From assembly GCF_006345805.1 (NCBI RefSeq), contig NC_043005.1, forward strand, positions 53,878,001 to 53,942,000: a stretch of 64,000 nucleotides of DNA. The letters run 5' to 3'. Below, in pieces: positions 54,610 through 64,000 of the stretch. The position numbers were made by a program, and so were the translations under genes. Every line of letters starts with the position of its first letter. Positions within the stretch are counted from its first letter, which is position 1. Under the pieces are notes generated by a model. It saw only the letters and a program-made list of their open reading frames with translations, was not told the origin of the DNA and made no database searches. Source of the stretch: Octopus sinensis (Eukaryota).

Positions 54610-56130
54610 TTAGTCTTGATGTTGTCTCAATGTACACAACGGTGCCAGCACACTCACTCGGCGGTAAACCTATTGACTGACTGCATAATAGCGTCCGACA
54701 TCCAATGCTTCGGACTTACTGCAGCTGATATGCATCAACTTTTGTCCATCATCGTGGACAACGCATACTTCTCTTTCCAGGACCACATATACAAACTGAC
54801 AACAGGTCTCCCCATGGGATCCAGTCTCTCGGGCCTACTAGCCATCACTTAGATGAACCATCTGGAACGTCGAGCACTCAACATCTGCCGCTCATGCGCC
54901 TTCTTCACCAGATACGCCGATGACATCTTCCTATTCACATCCTCCCGTGAAGAGGCTGACAGAATATTCACGACGTTCAATAACATGGACATGAACATAA
55001 AGTTCACTATAGAACACCCCGACATCACTGGATCACTATCATTACTTGACTTCAAACTGAATATAACGGAAGAATGGGAGATCCATACCGAGTTCTACAG
55101 TAGAGATATGTTTGTCCAGTACAATTCAGCACTTCTACCCGGTGCTAAAATAGGATACGCGGATCTTTTCCTTTTGAACAGCAGTTTTCAACACAAGTTC
55201 TAGTTAACTAAACACTTTTAAACTTCGTATACTGATAGAATGTGTCAAAATAAAACATTTTTTTCTCTTGGCTTTCTTGAGAAAATTGTAATTTAAAAGT
55301 TTAACGTAATTCAATTTTTCGAATTTTAACCAATAATTGGCCTCTATTGAGATAAAATCATTTGCTGCGTCTAAAACTGAGACAACATCCTGTCACTAAC
55401 CCTAACCCTAAATTTTAGCCTTTCATTTTTTTTTTCGTAATTGTTATCCTTAAATTAATTTAATAATTAAGAAAAAAAAAACGAAAGCAAAAACTAAAAA
55501 ACAAAACGAATAATTTTAGACACATGCGTAACAATTAAATTAATTTAACAAGACCGTTACACGTCCGCATCAGAGAATATCTGAACACGAGAGCTTCCTC
55601 CTTCAGAAAACATCTAGAGAGATGCCGGAACACCGACAAAAGCATAACAGTCGCAATTAAGGCCATTAAAAGAAATGTGGGTAATTTAAGAATTAAGGAA
55701 GCTATACTCATACACAGACTAGGGCCCCAAATTAACAACAGGCTGGAGGATGGTAATCAATACATTACTTAGATACATCTGGATGCGTGTAAGTTCATTT
55801 TTGATAATATGGTTATCTGTAGCTTATAAAAAAAAAGATGGGGAACAAAAAAGGAAGCTGCACGTATAATACGTAACTTAGAAGCAGCGCTACGGATGTA
55901 CCAGCACACACGAAATTGAGACATGGCCGACCTCACACACTTCTTATGAGGAATTCCGGAAGGAGCATCGTGAGGCCTCTGCGGAGACGTTTCCAAAAAA
56001 AAAAAAAAAAAACTGTTGGAAAACCGATTAAAGCAGCGACTCCATCTAAGATTATCTGAAGAAGGAATATTATTCCGAAATATCATATCAGACTATGGAT
56101 GACTAAATTACAACAGGTATATAGCCCAAT
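54610..56130 (+). mobile_element. Second Penelope-like element, degraded: RT 54610-55160, GIY-YIG C-terminal part 55545-55770, downstream partial tandem unit
   Basis: SLDVVSMYTTVP, GLPMGSSLS, RYADD, IKFTIE, LSLLD, then LHVRIREYL..KHL..C..RIKEAILI..QIN. Contains a frameshift, a stop and an insertion at about 55170-55540. Degenerate HHR-like motif at 56051-56093. Confidence 0.85.
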
Positions 56131-56154
56131 GTCTGTCTTATAGTGCATTGTTGT

Positions 56155-56487
56155 GTGAGGGCGCGTGGCTTAGTGGTTAGGGCACTCGGCTCATGATCGT
56201 AATGTTGTGAGTTCGATTCCCGGCGACGCGTTGTGTCCTTGAGCAAGACACTTTATTTCACGTTGCTCCAGTCCACTCAGCTGGCAAAAATGAGTTGTAC
56301 TTGTATTTCAAAGGGTCAGCCTTGTCACTCTCTGTGTCACGCTGATTATCCCCGAGAACTACGTTAAGGGTACACGTGTCTGTGGAATGCTCAGCCATTT
56401 GCACGTTAATTTCACGAGCAAGCTGTTCCGTTGATCGTATCAGCTGGGACCCTCGTCGTCGTAACCGGCGGAGTCTTTTTTTTTTTA
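56155..56487 (+). mobile_element. Full-length tRNA-derived CORE-type SINE with a 13-bp target-site duplication
   Basis: A box tggcttagtgg, B box gagttcgattcc, CORE-like tgtgtccttgagcaagacacttta. TSD agtgcattgttgt at 56142-56154 and 56488-56500. Confidence 0.85.
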
Positions 56488-57441
56488 AGTGCATTGTTGT
56501 ACCATTCAAACTTTTTATTTTTATTTTTTTCAATTATTTTTATTTTCTTAACCGTCTTTTAGTATCTACCTCTTAAAATATCCTTCTACAAGTTTAACTA
56601 CATTCTGTAATATTACACTTATTTTCTTCTATTAAAATTAGATATATTTTTTACATAAAACATTTTAATTAAAAATTTTATGGAATCTTTTCCCTTTGAT
56701 CGAGAAATTTTTGTAACTAAACACTTTCAAACTTCGGACATTGGTAGAGTGTGTCATATAAAATATCTTTTACTCTTAGTGTTGTTGAGAAAAGTTTATA
56801 TTTACAAAGTTATTTCGTGTTAAAGTAGTCGTATTTCGGTAATCTCAACCAATCAATAACGTGTATTCAGCTGAATAAAATTACTGCCGTTGTTTGTCAA
56901 CAACTATCGGCGGTGTATATTTCGTTTTTACTTCATATACAGGAGTTTTAAATTAACTCCTTTATATTAATCTATAGAGAGAATGTTACCCTTATTAGTA
57001 ATATATATGTCAACATCCAAGCGTTATCCCTTAGTCTTGTTTTAAATAGCCATGACTCCAAGAACAATAACACATTACAAAAATGAGTAAGAACACCATA
57101 TCTATGTAATCCTAACGTCTTTTTAGCTTTTTGCTTATTTTCGGCTACGACGAGTACTTTTTGGCAACTCAGATTGTTAAAATAAATTTATTGTCTTTCT
57201 ATATGAAACGATTGTATAGCTACACGAATAAAAAGAAATCTTCATTCATATTAACATTTAATCTCCGCCATTTATATAAAATATAATTGAATTTGTTAAA
57301 CTTTGTTTCATAAGTTAAATCATATACTTAATATACCTTATATAACTTTTCATATCTACGCTAGTTTACACTAGTAAAGTAAAATATGAAGAAACAACGT
57401 TATAAATATTTTGGAAACTATTCCAAAAGGACGAATTAGCA

Positions 57442-57494
<53 letters not shown>

Positions 57495-57634
57495 TTATAT
57501 ATATATATATAATTTTATTTCGTAATCAGATAAAAAACCAAGAGTGTGTAGATATCAGAACATTTATAGATAGGTCTTATAGCTGTCTCAATGACACCAT
57601 TACCTCTTATAACCTATAATTATATATATATATA

Positions 57635-57913
57635 CACTGTTGTGTCTGGGGAGAGTCATTCTGTTTTAGTGCCTTATAATTATCACATTCACCGGTTAAA
57701 ATTTCCATTGATTTACTTACTTATTTTTCTAAAATTTTCGTTGCGTCTTCCAACCTTTTCGATAGTTATTGAGCGTCAACAACTATTGAAAATGCTGCAA
57801 GACGCAACGAAAATTTTAGAAAAATAAATAAGGAAATGAGTGCAAATTTTACTGGTGAGTGTGTTAAATTATAAGGTACTAAAAGAGAATGGCTCTCCCT
57901 AGAAACAACAGAA
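57635..57913. mobile_element. Palindromic MITE
   Basis: Whole element folds back: ctgttgtgtctggggagagtcattct / agaatggctctccctagaaacaacag, with inner arms ttttctaaaattttcgttgcgtctt / aagacgcaacgaaaattttagaaaa. Confidence 0.8.
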
Positions 57914-58197
57914 TATGCTTCATCACATGAACGCACATAAAGAATCTTACGAACCAAATCCCAAAACGATATATATATATATATATTTAATGAAATGGAT
58001 AAATGAATTATCTTGTTACGGATTATTCAAAATTTAACCGATACCTGTGTAGCAAAAATCACACCAGAAAAGACACGGTTGAGGTTACGACCATGGGGTT
58101 TCGCCCCCGTGCTTTAGCGCGGATAATTGAAGTTTTATATATTTAGTGAAGGGAAGAAATGGAGCCGAACGAAGATTCTACAAAATTCCTTTTTATT

Positions 58198-58283
58198 ATT
58201 TTCTACACATGTTTCAAAGGCTGCAAATTCCCAAATTCGGATTGAATAAGGAGACCATTCTGCAGCTTTCTCTTCAGGAAAAT
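58198..58283 (-). ncRNA. Type I hammerhead ribozyme in left pLTR (sense to the PLE frame)
   Basis: Reverse complement of the 60250-60335 motif, with no differences seen by eye. Confidence 0.8.
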
Positions 58284-58909
58284 CCAGGAATTTAAAATCT
58301 CAAAACAAATGCGCAGCAAGCTTTTCGAACAAAACGCTCCCTAGGAGCCCATGGTAAAAATGGCACAAAACTGTCTCTCAATATGCGCTGACGTCAGAGT
58401 GGGTGAAGGACGACGAAAAAATCCGTTGGAATAGACCTAGGTCAAACCACGGTCAAATCAGGTAGGGGAAGAATCACAGAAAACCCAAAGAGTGTGAATA
58501 TATTCTGTATAACTAGTGTTAATGTTCAAATTGTCTTAAGAATGACAGTTATCTTATTTGGGTGTGAGGAACTACCTACATGTATGTGTGTGTGTATGCG
58601 CCTATGTATGTGTGGCAGTATGTTAGGAAGCAGCTAGAGAGAAAATATATTGTTTGTAGGCATTGCTGGTCAAGCGGCTGATAAAATTCTGTGTCTGTGT
58701 GTTCGTCTATGACCAGTTTATATACAGATGACTTGTCAAAAAACAGGGGAGTATAATCCCTGATATTGTTTCTAAAAAAAGTAGCAGAACATACGCTAAA
58801 AGGGGAGTAATTTCCCCTTTCAAATTTAATTCAAAATTTTTTCCAAATTTCTTCCAAACAATTTTTTTTTCCTTTTCTTAGGACATCAAGGTGTTAATTA
58901 TCTTAGGCT

Positions 58910-60034
58910 TCAATTGTATGCAAGAAATGTCAGTCGCCTCCAGTGGGGACATCTGAAAGAGTGTTGCAAAATCCCGCTCACTAGCTGCCCTCGGGCGAAC
59001 AAAATGTGAAAAAGTTCAGAGTTACAGAGATTACAGATTCTTTTGCCCCTATCAAACGGTACAGCCACCGATAAAATCGACCATTCCAGTCTAAATGCTG
59101 AATTCGCGTTCTTCAAACGCCAGATTAATTTACTTAGTCCGGTAGCGTGTTGTTTTCTAAAATCGCGAAAAGTTGTGAAGTGGTTCGATATTCTCACGGC
59201 CAATTTTGATGATAACGCTCCGATATACGAGTAGACATCCGATCCAGTATAAACTCTGCATTGGTAAATGGCATTTCTAATCTTGGAATTACTAGATAAG
59301 AATCTTATTCTATTGGGATTGGCTTCCGATATTAACACGGCGTTCTTATTACTATTATGATTGTGAGAACTACGGCTGTCTTCGACATTATACACCCCAT
59401 TATCAATACTATTTAATGGAATATCACCTATATATTCCCTGCCACTGAGATCGCTGTGATTGCTAATGTCCGTGATGCTACTGTTGTCAAACCCGTTGCT
59501 AAAATTGTTATTGGGACTCTCTACATTAATGACTCGGACAGTGCTCTCATCCCTATTCCCATTACTAACGTTAGAGTCGTCACCATTGCTCCTATCATTA
59601 TTCCTATTATTAACTCCATGCCTGGTATGGAGATTGCTAATCTCTGTGCCGGTTCTATTACCATTATTCTTATTTTTATTAATACTGCGCATTATTCTGG
59701 CATTAGACGGAGCTGCGTCTCCGAACGTGGGTAAGAGGGTCTTGTTTAGCAGCTTATTGTTATGGGAGGAAATTATCTGTGAGAGATTTTTCGTATTAGA
59801 GAAGGCTATCCTAACTTTGTGTGAGTTAACAGTGGCGTAATATCTGGAATTTCTGGGAAAGTTACTGGCAATAGCTTGGCGAAACTGCAGGGGTAGATTA
59901 GATCTTATTTGTTTACCAAAGGGAATTTCAAACCAAATATATTTATTCCTGTTTTTGTACTGGGTCGGGGAGTCAACTCTGACATTAAGGTGGGTGTTTC
60001 TAGGTTGAATAATAGGTTTTGGCTTACTATGGTC
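58910..60034 (-). CDS. PLE C-terminal frame: RT thumb/linker + Asn-rich insert + GIY-YIG endonuclease (374 codons open; first ATG at 59692)
   Basis: The frame stays open upstream of the listed 260-aa ORF: RNKYIWFEIPFGKQIRSNLPLQFRQAIASNFPRNSRYYATVNSHKVRIAFSNTKNLSQIISSHNNKLL (PLE IWFNPP..HN.K-type motif). It continues to AIY..YIG..R.SNH..T.LSKLIW.LK..W.I..CNLC.SE..CPH. Confidence 0.8.
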   Translation of the reverse strand, partial: DHSKPKPIIQPRNTHLNVRVDSPTQYKNRNKYIWFEIPFGKQIRSNLPLQFRQAIASNFPRNSRYYATVNSHKVRIAFSNTKNLSQIISSHNNKLLNKTLLPTFGDAAPSNARIMRSINKNKNNGNRTGTEISNLHTRHGVNNRNNDRSNGDDSNVSNGNRDESTVRVINVESPNNNFSNGFDNSSITDISNHSDLSGREYIGDIPLNSIDNGVYNVEDSRSSHNHNSNKNAVLISEANPNRIRFLSSNSKIRNAIYQCRVYTGSDVYSYIGALSSKLAVRISNHFTTFRDFRKQHATGLSKLIWRLKNANSAFRLEWSILSVAVPFDRGKRICNLCNSELFHILFARGQLVSGILQHSFRCPHWRRLTFLAYN

Positions 60035-60249
60035 TCACTAGTTATACAGAATATATTCACACTCTTTGGGTTTTCTGTGATTCTTCCCCTACCTGATTTG
60101 ACCGTGGTTTGACCTAGGTTTATTCCAACGGATTTTTTCGTCGGCCTTCACCCACTCTGACGTCAGCGCATATTGAGAGACATTTTTACTAGGGAGCGTT
60201 TTGTTCGAAAAGCTTGCTGCGCATTTGTTTTGAGATTTTAAATTCCTGG

Positions 60250-60335
60250 ATTTTCCTGAAGAGAAAGCTGCAGAATGGTCTCCTTATTCAATCCGAATTT
60301 GGGAATTTGCAGCCTTTGAAACATGTGTAGAAAAT
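60250..60335 (+). ncRNA. Type I hammerhead ribozyme in right pLTR
   Basis: attttc-CTGAAGA-gaaagctgcaga...tttgcagccttt-GAAAC-atgt-GTA-gaaaat. Stem I attttc/gaaaat, long stem II closed by G.U, self-complementary stem III ACATGTGT. Confidence 0.8.
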
Positions 60336-60383
60336 AATAAAAAGGAATTTTGTAGAATCTGCGTTCGGCTCCATTTCTTCCCT

Positions 60384-60419
<36 letters not shown>

Positions 60420-62514
60420 GCTATTCCAGAACCTGCATACGATGGGCTCTGTTCGGGGCCTGTGAAACTTGAAGTAGCATGAAAACGGAATAAAACTATT
60501 TCAAATAATACTTGTAACTCCTATTAAATGTGTTGAGTGCTCTTTTCTTTCATATGTTTCCTCACGTATGTACGTACGTATGTATGTATGTATGTATGTA
60601 TGTGTTTGTGTGTGTATGCGTATGCGTGTGTGTGAATGTATACATGTACTTTTGGCATATTTCTATTTCGAATTACCAAATTTACTCACAGGGCTTTGGT
60701 TGACATGAGGTTATAGTAGAAGACACTCGTCGAAAGAGATACACAATGATATTGAACTCAAAAAGATTTGGTTAAGAAGCAAACTTTTTTTCCTAACAGA
60801 GAACATAAAACTATCTAATGCATTCTTTCCAAAATGTGGGTTAAACTATTCATTGGTCTATGTATTTATCTACAAGGGAATTTCTTTTAAGTCTGTGACA
60901 AATTCAATTTACTTAATTATTTCAAAGAATCAACATCAAGCTGCAATTCTATGCCTCAATTATAAAATTAAAGTTTATTCAGGAAGTTGTATATACAAAT
61001 ACATCAAAACAAAACAAGCTACGCAGATATAAATCTTGGTGAAACTTACTCTTTTCAAATCATTCAAAAGGTCTTTTTAATTAGCATTCAGCAACAGGTT
61101 TATCTTATGGGTAAAATGATACCATGGATGTTCATCTTAGAAGCTCTCAATACATATATTTAAGATAAATATCTGTTTATATAGACAAACATATCAAATC
61201 AATGATTTCTTCAAATACTTCTCTTGTTTTGTGGGGTTTTTTTAAAAAATAAAGCAAAAACAAAATTGCGTTATTAATTATCCTTGAATGACACATAAAT
61301 TCCGGTGCTAATCCTAAAAGTCAATGAAATACTAAGGTTTTATGGCAGATTGTTTAGTAAAAGTTCAATTATAGAGAAATTCCCATGGATTAAGATATAA
61401 ATTATAGAATGTCTGTGTGTGGCTGTGCATGTGTGTGTGTATAAAATTTATACTGTAAGTCTATTGTAAGGTTTATTAACATATAGACAATATTCAATAC
61501 AGAAATATTTTAATCAGCTGGCTACTTATTAAGATATATTTTCCTTTTAACTCAGTCAAAGCAAAAAGAAGAAAGTCTTTCTTTTATCTTTCATCTACTT
61601 TTTTCGTCTCTGGCAGTTTGTATACAAGGAAGAGACAGACAGAGAGAAAGTGAGAGAGAGAGAGAGGAAGAAAGAGAGTTTGTGTGAGTCATTTAGCTCC
61701 AAGATAGCACTGGTCTTCAAACATTTCCTTTCTGAGTACATTCCCCAGCATATCCTTCATGCTTAAAAATGGTAAAATATGATTTGAGGGATTTAGCTGC
61801 TGTTTCTAGCAGTTCAAAGGACCTCACAAGCATTCCCTCATTAGTTCAGAGAAATATGTTAGAAAAATTGATGGAGATGTCATGCTACATAATACTACTG
61901 TTTTCTTTTATGCTATTTTCTGTAGCCCTCTAGAATCATGATATAATGCATACCAATGAGAAAATAGTGATGTAATAGTGAAGTGAAATTCCTCTTGGAT
62001 ATAAATATATTTATTGTACAAAGACTAAAAAGTTTAACAAATCAAAATTGAAATTGCCCACTTAATAAAGCGATATAGTCAATATTTTTAACTTGTAGTG
62101 GTAATTTGAAACTGAGCTACTAAGTAGCTGGTCAGACATCACAATCAAACCACAATTGTTTCACATGATCAGTCAATTAAACAGCCAATCAGCATCAAGC
62201 CATTGTCTTCTAGAATCTTCTTGTGCTCTATAAAAAAGTGAATTCTTTTGGTGGTAATTGCAGCATGTTAAGGCACCTGTGCCTTATGTTTCCATTCTTG
62301 ACTCATCCAGCTGGTTAGGACAGACGACCAATAGAAGACAGAAATTTTCATCATCATGAATATATCACAATTATTTTCAAGTTGTGATGGGCCAACCACA
62401 GATTGTTGGATCTGTAAGCTTGTCATAAACTCCAAGCAGAATGTCTCTCCTTGTATTTAATTATTAAACTTATTATTTGTAAAAGACCTGCACAATTAAA
62501 ACTCTGTGTACAAT

Positions 62515-62851
62515 AGGCGCAAGAGTGGCTGTTTGGTAAGTAGCTTGCTTACCAACCACATGGTTCTGGGTTCAGTCCCACTGCGTGACACATTGGGCAA
62601 GTGTCTTCTACTGTAGCCTCGGGTCGACCAAAGCCTTGTGAGTGGATTTGGTAGACAGAAACTGAAAGAAGCCTGTCATATCTATGTATATATATGTGTG
62701 TGAGTCTGTGTTTGCCCCCCCCCCCAACATTGCTTGACAACCGATGCTGGTGTGTTTGCATCCCCATAACTTAGCGGTTCAGCAATAAGAGACTGATAGA
62801 ATAAGTACTAGAGTTACAAAGAATAAGTCCTGGGGTTGATTTGCTCGACTA
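62515..62851 (+). mobile_element. Major SINE family (other partial copies: 14110-14245, 37190-37410, 40915-41100, 60640-60790)
   Basis: Same consensus. Confidence 0.85.
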
Positions 62852-63609
62852 GTGTAATCAGTTATTTCTTCATGCATGAAAGAATATTTTGATATGAACC
62901 TGCCTGAGACCACCCTGGTTCTAAGATACTAAAAATTCCTGTTGTAAAGTGATCTTAGTTAAAACTTCCCAACAAAGTTTCAACCTGATTCCTGTTCCAA
63001 ATACCATGTTATTCTACTGGAATCTTTAATATTTTCAAAATTAACTGAAACAACACAGCTGCAAAAGTGTTAATGATTAATTATGGTTGAGAAAAACAGG
63101 AGGAAACATCACTTAAATTAAAATAATTTAAAATTGATTAAAAATATAATCTAACATTGGGGCCAGTCAAATATTTGGTTAAATTCAATAATGCCTTAAG
63201 ATATGTTTCAGGTTTAGTTAACATCATCAACGAAGCATAGCATAACTGGTTCTACTAGACCTAAAATGCCATTCATGTATTCAGTATCAACATTTTAACA
63301 TCATTATCATCATAATAATAACTTACATTATCATAATGACAGTACCATCCTCTTCCATGTTATCGCATTTCAAGTCTACATTATCAAATGCTTTTCTATA
63401 TCATATCTCTTTCTCTCTCTTTCTTACTCTCTTTCTGCCTTTCTCTCTCCCTCTCTCATTTTCTCATTCTCCTTTTTCAAAGCAATAGATTGTGAGGAAG
63501 ATTTGCCTGCTATTTCTAATCAAATTAGACAATCATGTCATTAAGGGTTTGTCTACCTGCTTTCTTTTCTTTTTTTCTACTGGGATTGTCTACAAAGGTT
63601 ATATGTTCA

Positions 63610-63785
63610 ACACTACTACTACTACTACTGCTACTGCTGCTGCTGCAACTACTGTTGCTACTACTACTGCTGCTGTCTACTACTACTGTTACTACTATTG
63701 TTGCTACTACTGCTGCTACTACTACTATTACTACTACTGCTGCTGCTATTGCTGTTGCTACTGCTGCTACTACTACTGCTGCTGT

Positions 63786-63816
<31 letters not shown>

Positions 63817-64000
63817 CACTCCTACTACTCGTACTGCTGCTGCTACTACTACTACTACTATTACTACTACTGCTGCTGCTGCCTACTACTACAACCACCG
63901 GTACCACCACCACCACCACCACCACCACCACCACCACTACTACTACTGCTGCTGCTACCTACTACTATTACTACAACTGCTGCTGCTACTACTACTATTA
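63610..64000. repeat. (CTA/CTG/CCA)n compound trinucleotide tract running off the window end
   Basis: Direct reading. Confidence 0.95.

Larger units (their letters stand above)
57985..60389 (-). mobile_element. 5'-truncated Penelope-like retroelement (Naiad-like) with inverted pseudo-LTRs, in (TA)n
   Basis: Inverted repeats at 58144-58518 and 60036-60389, each with an HHR, enclose a thumb/linker + GIY-YIG frame. The left repeat extends to about 57985. (TA)n runs flank both ends. Confidence 0.85.

Noticed and set aside
55396-55412. Telomeric-like taaccctaacccta
   Set aside because: Only about two units, inside a dispersed repeat that interrupts the PLE.
60035-60037. In-frame TGA as selenocysteine (reported in some Naiad PLEs)
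   Set aside because: The TGA lies exactly at the junction with the inverted pLTR, and no RT sequence continues beyond it.
60421-60540. Possible further degenerate HHR (..gggctctgttcggggcctgtGAAAC..GTA)
   Set aside because: The CTGAnGA core is not present, so it is too decayed to call.

Overview
This is AT-rich, microsatellite-dense animal DNA, most likely from an octopod cephalopod (inferred from the SINE/LINE families and composition, not verified). The only host gene sequence I can support is one 54-bp + strand exon (13237-13290, IAEEMEKERKMFQLQACE) matching the BAR domain of ASAP-family ArfGAPs, so the rest of the window is probably intronic. It is filled with tRNA-derived SINEs, RTE LINE remnants, mariner/Tc1/pogo/piggyBac-type remnants and MITEs, two Penelope-like elements (PLEs) and simple repeats. 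Almost all ORFs in the supplied track are microsatellite or SINE artefacts. The most striking signal is about ten hammerhead ribozyme (HHR) motifs, intact to degenerate, carried by (i) a GIY-YIG PLE with inverted pseudo-LTRs and a 374-codon open frame lacking the RT core, (ii) a tRNA-headed SINE-like element ending in an HHR that shows PLE-style 5' inversions, and (iii) short fold-back elements. All structures were read by eye; none has been folded, searched or assayed.
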